Virus record (IMG/VR): IMGVR_UViG_3300028862_000012
Span: 62,001 to 126,000 of that record
DNA: 64,000 nt
Strand: one strand, 5' to 3'
The position numbers and the translations under genes were made by a program. This document shows positions 38,421-47,901 of this stretch, piece by piece. A model generated the notes under the pieces. That model was not told the origin of the DNA. It searched no databases and worked only from the letters and a program-made list of their open reading frames with translations. Every line of letters starts with the position of its first letter. Within the stretch, counting starts at the first letter, position 1.

Positions 38421-40184
38421 ATGATAGATTACAATCAAGTTGTAAATGTTAGTTTACATTCAATTTTAAATAAAAGAGTTTATTATGAAAAACAAGGATT
38501 TAATGTAGACAACTTAAAACTCAAAGTAAATGAATTAACATGCAGAACTTATACAAATAAAGATTATTCTAATGTATCTATTGAAATGCCTTTATGTAAA
38601 GTATTTCCATCAGCAAGTTCACAAATTAAAGTAAAAGTAGTATGTGATTATTGCCACACTGAATATGAAACTATGTATATGATAGTATTATCTCGTTCTG
38701 GTAAAAATTGTTGTAAAAATTGTATTCACGCTAAGTCTGCTGAAAGCTTAAAGAAAGAATTTGGTGTAACAAATGTGTCTCAATTAGACTCTATAAAGTT
38801 AAAGAAAAAAGAATTAAGCTTACAGAAGTTTGGAACAATAACCCCATTACAAAATAAAGAGATTAAAGAAAAAATAGTTAAAACAAACATAGAAAAATAT
38901 GGTGTTAAATATGCATCTATGCTAAAAGAAAAAGTAGATTATACTAAAGAAGCATGGAAAAATAAAACAGAAGAGGAACTATCTGACATAAGGTATAGAC
39001 GAGACAAAACTTGGTTATTAAATAGAGGATTTTTAGAAGAGACTTTAGCTCAGGCTGAAAAAGATAAAGTTTCCTTTACTGAAATTAAAAGAAACTTTAA
39101 TAGAAAAGTTAGTTATTCTACTTTAAGTAATTTTGCTATATCTCAAAACTTTTCTATACTCACTTCATTTGAAGAGTTTAAATCTTTTATTTATGAAAAA
39201 GGTAAGACAATCAGATTTAAGTGTAATACTTGTGATACTGAATTTTTTCAGTATATGAATTATGGATTTGTATCAGATGATAGTAGAATTGAATGTCCTA
39301 AATGTCCTTCTGCTATTGGAAGTCGCGAAGAAAATGAAGTTCTTGATTATATTAAATCTATTTATTTTAATGAAATTATTCATAGCTATAAATTAATTAA
39401 TAGAAAAGAAATAGATATAGTTATTCCAGAATTCAATTTAGGAATAGAATATAATGGATCATATTGGCATAATGATAAGTTTCGCGGAAAATATTATCAT
39501 ATAGAAAAATACAATTCAGCTAAAGAAGAAAAAATAGACCTTATTTTTATTAATGATTTTGAATGGAAGTATAAGCAGGATATAGTTAAATCAATTATAA
39601 AGAATAGATTAAAGATAGTCGATAAACGACTATATGCTCGTAAGGGAATTATTAGCTTAGTTGATTCATCTACTGCTAAAGAATTTTTCTATGTTAATCA
39701 TATTCAGGGTAGTAAAAGTATAAACTCTAAAATGATTTCTATTGGATTATACATAGATTCTGAACTTGTTTCTTTAGTAAGTTTTAATAAAACAAAGTAT
39801 AGAAAAGATTATGAATATGATTTAGTACGTTATGCAAATAAATTAGGCTATCAAGTTATAGGCGGGTTTAGTAAAATACTTTCGTTTTTTGAAAAAGCTT
39901 ATAAACCATCAAGTATAGTAACCTTTTCTGAAATACGGTTGTTTAAGTCCTCTGTTTATGAAAAAGCAGGGTTTACTTTAGACCATATTACCAGACCAAA
40001 TTACTTTTATACAAAAAATAATATATTTGCTGGTTCTCGTCAAAACTTTCAAAAAAGTAAGTTAAAGAAATTATTTGATGATTATACTGACTCTAAAACA
40101 GAAAGTGAAATGATGGCAGAACATAATTACGATAAAATTTGGGATTGCGGAGTACGAGTTTTTGTAAAAAAGTATCAAAAGTAA
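38421..40184 (+). CDS. Hef-like homing endonuclease (Zn domain, repeats, PD-(D/E)xK nuclease, C-terminal GNAT-like domain)
   Basis: GSREENEV...EIDIVIPEFNLGIEYNGSYWH, NHIQG, IGGFSKIL..F and YEKAGF...PNY form the Hef-like pattern of T4-like phages. Confidence 0.75.
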   Translation: MIDYNQVVNVSLHSILNKRVYYEKQGFNVDNLKLKVNELTCRTYTNKDYSNVSIEMPLCKVFPSASSQIKVKVVCDYCHTEYETMYMIVLSRSGKNCCKNCIHAKSAESLKKEFGVTNVSQLDSIKLKKKELSLQKFGTITPLQNKEIKEKIVKTNIEKYGVKYASMLKEKVDYTKEAWKNKTEEELSDIRYRRDKTWLLNRGFLEETLAQAEKDKVSFTEIKRNFNRKVSYSTLSNFAISQNFSILTSFEEFKSFIYEKGKTIRFKCNTCDTEFFQYMNYGFVSDDSRIECPKCPSAIGSREENEVLDYIKSIYFNEIIHSYKLINRKEIDIVIPEFNLGIEYNGSYWHNDKFRGKYYHIEKYNSAKEEKIDLIFINDFEWKYKQDIVKSIIKNRLKIVDKRLYARKGIISLVDSSTAKEFFYVNHIQGSKSINSKMISIGLYIDSELVSLVSFNKTKYRKDYEYDLVRYANKLGYQVIGGFSKILSFFEKAYKPSSIVTFSEIRLFKSSVYEKAGFTLDHITRPNYFYTKNNIFAGSRQNFQKSKLKKLFDDYTDSKTESEMMAEHNYDKIWDCGVRVFVKKYQK

Positions 40185-40206
40185 CTATTATATAAAGAGG
40201 AATAGT

Positions 40207-40387
40207 ATGGATGAAAATAAATCAGAAGATCTTTCTATGGCAGAGAACTATAAACAGAAAGAATTATTTGATGCAATAAGAAGCTTAGGATTTGATATAA
40301 CTTTTTTTTAAAGAAACATATCCTGATGAGCATAGTTTTTCTGAAGGATATATTACTTTAGATTTAGCATTACGCTATAATAACTAA
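40207..40387 (+). pseudogene. Small ORF broken at a T8 run
   Basis: TAACTATTA, GAGG SD and ATG 40207. Stop after 34 codons in ACT TTT TTT TAA. Removing one T extends the frame to TAA 40385-40387 (about 59 aa). Confidence 0.35.
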
Positions 40388-40454
40388 AAAATAATTCTGT
40401 AAATATATAACTATTATAATAGAAGTTAACTAACTTTATAAGGATATAATAATT

Positions 40455-40862
40455 ATGGTATTAACAGATTTAGCTAATGTAATTAATTTTGTTTACAATG
40501 ACGTTCGCTATGTGCATTTACATGCTATTGGTGATAAGTTTGATAGCTTGCATGGAATTGCAAAAGAATACTATGAACAGCTTCAAGATGATTATGATAC
40601 TATAGCTGAGAAAGCTCTTGAATTAGGTGAAGAAGTACTTGCTTTAAATAATTTAAATAATGATGATTGGACTATTCCACAAGGTAACTATCCTTTTCAT
40701 GAAGGAATTGAGTTTATGTATCATGATATAGACTATTTAATTGAAACATTAAGTTCCATTCGTGCTGATCCTAAATATGCTTGTTGTGGAAACTTACTTG
40801 ATCAAATTATAGACTATTGGTCTAAAGAAAATAACTTTAAGAATAAAGCTCGTTTAGCATAA
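40455..40862 (+). CDS. Dps/ferritin-like protein
   Basis: HLHAIGDKFDSLHGIAKEYYEQLQDDYDTIAEKALELG matches the Dps H..v.G..F..lH...e......D.iAEr...lG pattern. Confidence 0.75.
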   Translation: MVLTDLANVINFVYNDVRYVHLHAIGDKFDSLHGIAKEYYEQLQDDYDTIAEKALELGEEVLALNNLNNDDWTIPQGNYPFHEGIEFMYHDIDYLIETLSSIRADPKYACCGNLLDQIIDYWSKENNFKNKARLA

Positions 40863-40876
40863 TTAAAGGTCGCATT

Positions 40877-41632
40877 ATGGATTCTGAAGTTGTAGTCTCT
40901 GCTTCTGATATGAAGCTAATATACTCTTATGTAGGAGCTCCTTTTGTTAAAGTAGAGGAAGTTGAAATAACTGAAGAGGAAATAAAAGAATATGTAATAC
41001 GTCCTTGTTTACAAACCTATTTTAGCTATTTTCCAATATTTAATAAAGTAACAGTAGGTGTAAATAATTCATTAATAACTATGGACTATCCTAATGATAC
41101 AACATATGGAGTAGGTGGATATCAGGTAGTAAAATATATTAATCAATTGGGTGCTGGTATGAGTGGTATGATTCCAGTAGTCGGCGCGAATGTTTTTAAT
41201 ACTACGGCAATGATAAATGGAAATACTAATAGAGGCTATGGTACTCGTTATGGCTTTGGAACACAAATATCTAGTTTTGCTACAGAAAAATTAACTAATG
41301 ATGCATTTAGTAATAAGTTTCAAGTAAAGCATTTTCAAGATATTCAAAATAAACGTCAAGTAGAATTTTATTCTAATATGGCAGGAGTTATTGAAATAAA
41401 TTTTTGTGAGTTTAGCTATAATGTAGATGATGTTTATTTCCAACGAAAACAGGAATTTTTAAAATATACTGGAAGTAACTTATTATTATACATTGCGGGA
41501 TTGCGTGAGATGATAGTAGAAGATTTTCCTACTGGTTTTAATTTAGATAACTTGGTTGAAAAAGCAAATAAGATAATTGATAAAGTAGAAGAGCGTTGGG
41601 AAGGTAGTTCAAATGCCGTAGCATTACGATAG
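40877..41632 (+). CDS. Neck / head-tail adaptor protein (gp13-like)
   Basis: IYSYVGAPFVKVEEVEITEEEI..YV...LQTYF matches gp13-like N-termini (LG.P.i.vEl...Q). Confidence 0.6.
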   Translation: MDSEVVVSASDMKLIYSYVGAPFVKVEEVEITEEEIKEYVIRPCLQTYFSYFPIFNKVTVGVNNSLITMDYPNDTTYGVGGYQVVKYINQLGAGMSGMIPVVGANVFNTTAMINGNTNRGYGTRYGFGTQISSFATEKLTNDAFSNKFQVKHFQDIQNKRQVEFYSNMAGVIEINFCEFSYNVDDVYFQRKQEFLKYTGSNLLLYIAGLREMIVEDFPTGFNLDNLVEKANKIIDKVEERWEGSSNAVALR

Positions 41633-41655
41633 CTATTAAGTAGGATATATATATT

Positions 41656-42093
41656 ATGAAAAACTATTCTAATTTATCTTTTGAAGAAAGAAATATTGTA
41701 TTAAAAATTAATAGTATAGAAGATAGTTTTATTCTTTATTTTATACCAACTAGAGATAGACATGATATAGAGTTATATAAAGAATTATTAACAGAATGGT
41801 GTTTATCTTATAAATTATATAAATATCATTCAGATTTTGAATTATTAACTGACTTTAATATAGCTACTTGCTACTACTATTTTTATAGAGTTGTTTATAA
41901 TGCTCGTAAAAATATATTAGAATTTTTAGGAAATAGTATACAAGCCGACAAGCATTTTAGTATATGTAAGTTAGAAAATGATGATAGCATATTAGGTTAT
42001 AGTTATGTAAATGAAAAAACAAATGAAACATATATATCAAAGTTTGCTTATATTAAGTTAAATAATAAAAAGTATTTAGAGCAGAGGGAATAA
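41656..42093 (+). CDS. Hypothetical protein
   Basis: 145-aa ORF with an AGGA SD. Confidence 0.55.
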   Translation: MKNYSNLSFEERNIVLKINSIEDSFILYFIPTRDRHDIELYKELLTEWCLSYKLYKYHSDFELLTDFNIATCYYYFYRVVYNARKNILEFLGNSIQADKHFSICKLENDDSILGYSYVNEKTNETYISKFAYIKLNNKKYLEQRE

Positions 42094-42094
42094 A

Positions 42095-42844
42095 ATGCCA
42101 ACAATTATTCCTTATGGAGCTCTAAGTTTATATGATGTTATTCAGTTTACCTATAGAAGTGAAGTAGTTCGTAGTAGATTTTATAATATGGATAGAGATG
42201 TAATTCGTACACGAGTAATAATAAAAAAAATAAATAAATTATCAGTAGATCATTTAAATCAGCCAACAGTTAAATATGAAATATTTAGTTCAAGTTATCC
42301 TCAGTATAAACCATATAATTTGCATAAATTAAGGGAAGCTAAAAGAAAAGTTACAGAGGTTCATAAACAAAGAAAATATAAGCATACTTATAGTTTTGTG
42401 TTAGAATTAGAAGAATTAAAAATAAGCAGTTTCTATAGAACACGTACAGGAAGTCAGTTAAAATGGGTAGATCGGCCCCCTCAACGGGATATAAAAACTA
42501 TTTATAAAGATACCCGAGAAAAAATAATAAAACGGCATACTGATAGAAAGACTAAAAAAATAGATAAAGCAGAAGTAAAAAAAGATATTGAAATATTAAA
42601 AAAACACGCAAAGTATTTAGATGTTGGTGATTGGAATTCACAAGTAAAAGGAATTATGGGCGATTTCTATTATAGGGAAGCTCCTTTACTAAGAAAATAT
42701 GGAATGCTATATGGGAAATGTTGGTATACTGATTTACCTACTGGTATAAATTTACCTTTTATGAATAAACATGAATTATCAATTATATTTTATTTATTAA
42801 AAACTAAAAAAATAGAGAATGACAGTAAAGTAACTATTAGATAA
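42095..42844 (+). CDS. Basic hypothetical protein
   Basis: 249 aa, K/R-rich. Possibly nucleic-acid binding. Confidence 0.55.
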   Translation: MPTIIPYGALSLYDVIQFTYRSEVVRSRFYNMDRDVIRTRVIIKKINKLSVDHLNQPTVKYEIFSSSYPQYKPYNLHKLREAKRKVTEVHKQRKYKHTYSFVLELEELKISSFYRTRTGSQLKWVDRPPQRDIKTIYKDTREKIIKRHTDRKTKKIDKAEVKKDIEILKKHAKYLDVGDWNSQVKGIMGDFYYREAPLLRKYGMLYGKCWYTDLPTGINLPFMNKHELSIIFYLLKTKKIENDSKVTIR

Positions 42845-42856
42845 AGGGATAATTAT

Positions 42857-43141
42857 ATGGATGATAATATAGAATTGGATAGCATAGTTGATGATGTTGA
42901 AGCAGATATTTTTGATACAGAAGTAGTGCGGTTTGAATTAACTGATGATGTTTATATTGAAAGTGTTTTAGATTCTGATGAGTGGAATAGTTATTGTATT
43001 ACCGATGCGGGTGAGGAAATAGAAAAAAACTTTAATACAAATATTGATGAACCTATATATATTGGAAATAATATAACTATTAGTAAGGAAGATATGATAA
43101 AGTTTAATGATATTAAACAAGATTTTATTAAGGAATTATAA
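42857..43141 (+). CDS. Acidic hypothetical protein
   Basis: 94 aa, preceded by TAACTATTA (42831-42839). Confidence 0.55.
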   Translation: MDDNIELDSIVDDVEADIFDTEVVRFELTDDVYIESVLDSDEWNSYCITDAGEEIEKNFNTNIDEPIYIGNNITISKEDMIKFNDIKQDFIKEL

Positions 43142-43509
43142 TGATAACCCCATCTTTAAAAGTATCTTTTTATGGTGACGGAATAACAAAGTCTGATTTT
43201 ACTTATACTGTACCCATAGTTGAAAAAATAGAGTCATCATTTCAGATACGAGATACTATATCTAAAGAAATAGTATTAGATACTATTACTACTCCAGAAT
43301 TATTAGTTATAAGTGCAGAGACAGCTATAAACTTAGTTATTACTAATATTAGCAATGTTAGTATGGAAATAGGAGTTAGTGCAAACTTTCCCTTTATATT
43401 GCCACTTACTTCTGCTTTTATTGCTACATTAAAAACTTTAGTTTTAAGTACTACAAGTTTAACTTTAGTAGATGTTTCTGTTAGAGCCTATGGAAGTCAG
43501 ACTACTTAA
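43141..43509 (+). CDS. Beta-rich hypothetical (possibly structural) protein
   Basis: 122 aa, Thr/Ser/Ile-rich. Confidence 0.55.
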   Translation: MITPSLKVSFYGDGITKSDFTYTVPIVEKIESSFQIRDTISKEIVLDTITTPELLVISAETAINLVITNISNVSMEIGVSANFPFILPLTSAFIATLKTLVLSTTSLTLVDVSVRAYGSQTT

Positions 43510-43547
43510 TAGTAGTCTTAAAAAATAAATTATAAAAGGAAAATTTT

Positions 43548-43898
43548 ATGGAAAAGATTAGTTTTATTAAAAGAAATCATTATGATACTCCTCATATTAA
43601 TGAAAAAAAAGAACTTGATGAGAAAGATCAGTTTGATGAGGATATGAATGTAACTATGGATAAGCTTCGTCGTCGTGGTTCTCTATCTGGTTGGCAGAAA
43701 GCATTATATCGTTTTATAGTTGTTAAACTTGGTAATAATTACCTTGAAAAAGTTTGCAATTATATTTATGATTATTTAGCAGATCAGGATTTAGCTGAAA
43801 CTGCTTCTGATGAAGAGCTAGTTGAAATTGTCCAGATTGCTTTAATGGATTATGCAAAGGCATTTATTACTGGTGATAACTCTGGATTAGAAATATAA
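43548..43898 (+). CDS. Hypothetical protein, candidate internal head protein
   Basis: 116 aa with N-terminal HINE/ELDE motifs. Confidence 0.55.
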   Translation: MEKISFIKRNHYDTPHINEKKELDEKDQFDEDMNVTMDKLRRRGSLSGWQKALYRFIVVKLGNNYLEKVCNYIYDYLADQDLAETASDEELVEIVQIALMDYAKAFITGDNSGLEI

Positions 43899-43915
43899 TA
43901 AGGATTGGTATTAGC

Positions 43916-44551
43916 ATGACAAGAGCAGAATATTATAAATCTACTGGTAGATTTAATGAAAGTAGATTTAATGAATCAACCAGTGACTATGAATTTACTT
44001 TAATTTTTACTAATAATTCAGACGACTTTTCTGTAAAACTAGATAGACATAATTATAAAAATGTAAAAGAAATTCAAAAAGAAATGACTAAACAATCAGA
44101 ATTACATAATGGGAGTGACGATGTTTGGGTCGATGAAGTTATGTTAAATAAAGGGGTAAGTGAGTCCGATGAAGAAGTAGACTGGACTGATTTGATAAAA
44201 GACTTAGATCAAAAAATAATTAACTTAATTTTTGAGGAAGATGATATTGCTTTAAAAATATCTTTTTTAAAAGATTATCATGGAAGTAGACTTGAAGCAG
44301 ATGATATTTTAAAAGAATCAGATAAAATTAAAGTAATGAAGTTTGGTAATAATGCAGTTTATGATAGATACAATGAAAAATATCCCGAAGAGTTTGTTAA
44401 TGAAACTTTTGGTCTTAAATACCCTAGTTTATTGAAAGAACTAGAAAAATCTAATACAGAAAGTTATTTTGATAAAATTTCAGTTATTAGTGATATGGAT
44501 GCTAATGGTGAGTTTAGAAGTTTGGCTATTTATAGTATGTCTTTGGTATAG
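43916..44551 (+). CDS. Hypothetical protein, candidate internal head protein
   Basis: 211 aa with a duplicated RFNES-RFNES at the N-terminus. Confidence 0.55.
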   Translation: MTRAEYYKSTGRFNESRFNESTSDYEFTLIFTNNSDDFSVKLDRHNYKNVKEIQKEMTKQSELHNGSDDVWVDEVMLNKGVSESDEEVDWTDLIKDLDQKIINLIFEEDDIALKISFLKDYHGSRLEADDILKESDKIKVMKFGNNAVYDRYNEKYPEEFVNETFGLKYPSLLKELEKSNTESYFDKISVISDMDANGEFRSLAIYSMSLV

Positions 44552-44554
44552 AAT

Positions 44555-44866
44555 ATGAGTGATATAATTAATGAAGGTCGTTTTTTAATTAAATCACAAA
44601 TATTTTATGATGAAGACGGCGATGGTGTGTATGAGATACTTCCTGAAAATGGGGGTACTCGTTTAGCTTTTAAAGCTTCTGATGAACAAATGATTAAGTT
44701 TTTAAGAAGAGTAAAAGCAAAAGATAGTGATACAAGTCCTCGTAGTTTTAAAGGACAGACTTACAATACTATGTTAAATTCAATAAAACATGGATCTAAT
44801 AATTGTGTTTGGATATGGAGTAACTTTTATCCAAAAGCAAATAATATAAATGAAATATTGCAATAA
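44555..44866 (+). CDS. Hypothetical protein, candidate internal head protein
   Basis: 103 aa, starts MSDIINEG. Confidence 0.55.
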   Translation: MSDIINEGRFLIKSQIFYDEDGDGVYEILPENGGTRLAFKASDEQMIKFLRRVKAKDSDTSPRSFKGQTYNTMLNSIKHGSNNCVWIWSNFYPKANNINEILQ

Positions 44867-44924
44867 TATTTTATTTTTATTGTAACTATTAGTATATAGA
44901 TATAATCTATAAAGGAAATTTTTT

Positions 44925-45863
44925 ATGTCAAAGACTATTAACAAAGAAGTGTATACAGAAGCAGTGAAGATTTATCGTAAGGTTTATAAAAATAAGCCTT
45001 TGGATGAATCTGCTATTAAAAATATTATGGCTCGTATTGAGAGCAAACGTAATAAGAAACCCACAATGGATGAATCTATTGATAAGTTTCTTGAGGGGAA
45101 AAAGTTCTCTGCTCGTCAGTTCTTAAAAGAGTTTGAAGTGGCAGATGATTATGATCCGTCTAGTAATGGAGTGCCTGATTTTGCAGGTCAGAGTTCTAAT
45201 ACTCCTTTTGAAAATGCTCCCGAAGTTGGGAACGATGACTTTAAGGATGAACAGGCTATTCCTGAAACCAATCCTGATGTTGATACAGATATAAGTTCAC
45301 AGCTTATTGCAGAGCGAAAGAATAGAAAAAGTGAAGGATTTTATCGTAGAAATGAAGATGCAGAAACTAATGTAGATTCATTAATTAATGGTAATTATGT
45401 TACTCCTAATGAGTACGATTTTGTTGATGATTTTACCTATGATGAAGATATTGATAAAGCAATTGATGATCTAAATATTGTTGAAGGTGAGGAAGAAATT
45501 AGTTATGATACTCCCCTTACGTATAATGATTCTATTGATGCCCCTATTATCAATGAACCTATTTTTGATAATCCTATAGTTGATCCTATTATTGATGCTC
45601 CTTTTGTTGATCCGTATGCAGATTTAGATTATGAAGACTACATTATAACTGATGATTATCTTTTTGAGGATGCAGAAAAAGATGAGGATGAGGATGAGGA
45701 AGAAGGTAAGGGTGTAGTTGCTGAAGGTAAAAAGAAAACTGTAAAAGAAGATGATGAAGAAAAGAAAGATGATGAAAAAGATGCAGAAGATAAAGAAAAG
45801 AAAGATGCTAAAGACGACGATGAAAAAAAAGATGATAAGAAAGAAGAAAAGTGTAAAAAATAA
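44925..45863 (+). CDS. Highly acidic low-complexity protein, candidate prohead core protein
   Basis: 312 aa. LDES/MDES/FLKE motifs, (I/V)DxP repeats and a D/E/K-rich tail. Preceded by TAACTATTA, followed by a terminator. Confidence 0.6.
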   Translation: MSKTINKEVYTEAVKIYRKVYKNKPLDESAIKNIMARIESKRNKKPTMDESIDKFLEGKKFSARQFLKEFEVADDYDPSSNGVPDFAGQSSNTPFENAPEVGNDDFKDEQAIPETNPDVDTDISSQLIAERKNRKSEGFYRRNEDAETNVDSLINGNYVTPNEYDFVDDFTYDEDIDKAIDDLNIVEGEEEISYDTPLTYNDSIDAPIINEPIFDNPIVDPIIDAPFVDPYADLDYEDYIITDDYLFEDAEKDEDEDEEEGKGVVAEGKKKTVKEDDEEKKDDEKDAEDKEKKDAKDDDEKKDDKKEEKCKK

Positions 45864-45885
45864 TAATTAAAAATTTTTTTTATAT

Positions 45886-45912
45886 AAAGCCAGTAGCAAT
45901 ACTGGCTTTTTT
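45886..45912 (+). terminator. Intrinsic terminator
   Basis: AAAGCCAGTA-GCAA-TACTGGCTTTTTT. Confidence 0.85.
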
Positions 45913-45921
45913 AATTACTAA

Positions 45922-45950
45922 TTGACAAAGATTTATGTTTATGCTATTTT
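45922..45950 (+). promoter_or_regulatory. sigma70-type promoter
   Basis: TTGACA-N17-TATTTT with an extended TGn. Confidence 0.55.
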
Positions 45951-46523
45951 ATGATAAATAGGAATATAAAAATGGAAACACAGGAAATAGATGTAATTAA
46001 AAGTTATATGGAATTCATTGAACAAGCTTATGAAAAACGCCGCAAAAGTGTTAGTATATTAAATGAATTGGATCAAGTTACTCCAGAAAGGATAAACTTT
46101 TGTTTAGCCTCATTTACAGAAGTAAGTGATACCTTACTTTCTGAATATAGTAAGGAATTAGTCAGGTGCGAGGATTTTAAAAAAGAGTTTAATCACTGGA
46201 AAGATGAAAAGTTTTTACTTGCGCGGTCTAAGCTTCGAGCTGATATTGCAAAAAGTCAAGCACTATCTCAAAGGGAAATTGATGCACAGGCATATGTGGA
46301 CAATAAAGAAGAGTGGAAAAGGCAGGAAGATAAGCTTTTTTTCATGGAAGCAAAATGTGATTTATATAGACGATTACGAGAGAATTGGACTAATCAAAGT
46401 TTTATGCTAAAAGAAATTTCAGAAAATATGAAAGTAGAAATGCATACACTTAATGCAGATAGAATAGTAAATAAATCTGATGCTAAAGTTATAATACCAC
46501 TAAGAAGACAGTTAAAGAGCTGA
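45951..46523 (+). CDS. UvsY-like recombination mediator (tentative)
   Basis: All-helical. LSQREIDAQAYVDNKEEW...KCDLYRRLRENWTNQSFMLKEI resembles the UvsY-like helical pattern. Confidence 0.4.
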   Translation: MINRNIKMETQEIDVIKSYMEFIEQAYEKRRKSVSILNELDQVTPERINFCLASFTEVSDTLLSEYSKELVRCEDFKKEFNHWKDEKFLLARSKLRADIAKSQALSQREIDAQAYVDNKEEWKRQEDKLFFMEAKCDLYRRLRENWTNQSFMLKEISENMKVEMHTLNADRIVNKSDAKVIIPLRRQLKS

Positions 46524-46556
46524 TAATAGCCTTGCTAGTCTGATAACTATTAGTAT

Positions 46557-47126
46557 ATGGAAAGTTATCAGACTAGAATAAGCAGACATTTAAGACCATT
46601 AAAAAAACGTTTACATGATAATTATATGAATAGAATAGGGCTTGATCTAGAGTTATTTGCTTTATCTATTGAAAATAATAGTCATGATGATGAAGTAAAA
46701 ATTGATTTAACCAATACAAAAAAGATATTAGGATTTATAAAATATCCCGAAGATGAAATTCCTATTTCAAATAGTTATAACAATAACAATAATTCTATGA
46801 GTTTTCATATGTATGACATATTACCTATAGAGTTTTATTGTAAATGGGAAGATAAAATAAAAATAAGTGATATTATAATTCAAAAAATTATAATGCCTGA
46901 TGACAGTGTTAAAGCAATGATACTGCAAGTAGTTGATTTAATAGCTCGTGCAGATACCGATTTTATGTTTGCAAAATATATAGTAGCTCCTTATACTTTT
47001 AACTTAAAGAATACTTCACACATGGAAATAAAAAATGAAATAGAAAAGTACTTAAAAGAGCCAGTAATAGTAAATAGTACTATAGAGCTTACTGCAAATT
47101 TAACTCCTGAACCTGATGAATATTAA
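46557..47126 (+). CDS. Head closure / neck protein (gp14-like, tentative)
   Basis: TAACTATTA-N4-ATG. Beta-rich with a KIKISDIII...LQVVD...YIVAP pattern. Confidence 0.4.
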   Translation: MESYQTRISRHLRPLKKRLHDNYMNRIGLDLELFALSIENNSHDDEVKIDLTNTKKILGFIKYPEDEIPISNSYNNNNNSMSFHMYDILPIEFYCKWEDKIKISDIIIQKIIMPDDSVKAMILQVVDLIARADTDFMFAKYIVAPYTFNLKNTSHMEIKNEIEKYLKEPVIVNSTIELTANLTPEPDEY

Positions 47127-47221
47127 TATTACTAATTGATTAAACTCCTTAATTCTGTTACTATATTAACAGAATTATCTAACTATTATAATCCCACTAA
47201 ATTGGGAAAGGAAAATTAATT

Positions 47222-47437
47222 ATGGAAATTACAGTGTATAGTACAACAAGTTGTAATGTATGTAAAATGATTAAAAAGAAAATGATAGAAAAAAATATTA
47301 TTTTTACAGAGATTAATGATGAATCTAAAACTATAGCTTTAGGACAAAGTTTAGGAATTATGAGTGTTCCCATATTTGAAATTAATGGAATTATCTATAA
47401 TTCAACAGATGGAATTTCAAAATTAGGGTTAAAATGA
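47222..47437 (+). CDS. Glutaredoxin-like (NrdH-like) protein
   Basis: ITVYSTTSCNVCKMIK (CxxC) and MSVPIFEING. Confidence 0.85.
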   Translation: MEITVYSTTSCNVCKMIKKKMIEKNIIFTEINDESKTIALGQSLGIMSVPIFEINGIIYNSTDGISKLGLK

Positions 47438-47901
47438 ATTATATTCCTGAACAGGTAATATTAGGATTATTAGAAGTACCTAATGAAATTAGTTTGATTA
47501 TTCCTATTACTGGATGTAGTCTGCATTGTAATGGTTGTCATAGTCCTGAAATGCAAAATGAAAAAAATGGTGAAGAGCTTACTGAAGAAAAATTTATATC
47601 CTTATTATTTAATTATAAAAATAAAGCCTCTTGTATATGCTTTTTTAGTGGTGAGTTTAAAATATCTCATTTAATTACTAGAGCAAAGAATGAAGGATTT
47701 AAAACCGCTCTTTATTCAGGATTTACTAATATAAAGGATATTCCTTTTAATATATTACAAAATATAGATTATTTAAAATTAGGTGAATATAATGAATTAA
47801 AGGGTGGTCTTCAAGAAAAGACTACCAATCAAAGAATATACAAAATAGACAATGGCAACTATGAAGATATAACACAATTATTTTGGAGAAATAAATTATG
47901 A
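47434..47901 (+). CDS. nrdG: Anaerobic ribonucleotide reductase activating protein (radical SAM)
   Basis: GCSLHCNGCHS (CxxxCxxC), DYLKLGEY and TNQRIY. Adjacent to nrdD. Confidence 0.92.
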   Translation: MNYIPEQVILGLLEVPNEISLIIPITGCSLHCNGCHSPEMQNEKNGEELTEEKFISLLFNYKNKASCICFFSGEFKISHLITRAKNEGFKTALYSGFTNIKDIPFNILQNIDYLKLGEYNELKGGLQEKTTNQRIYKIDNGNYEDITQLFWRNKL

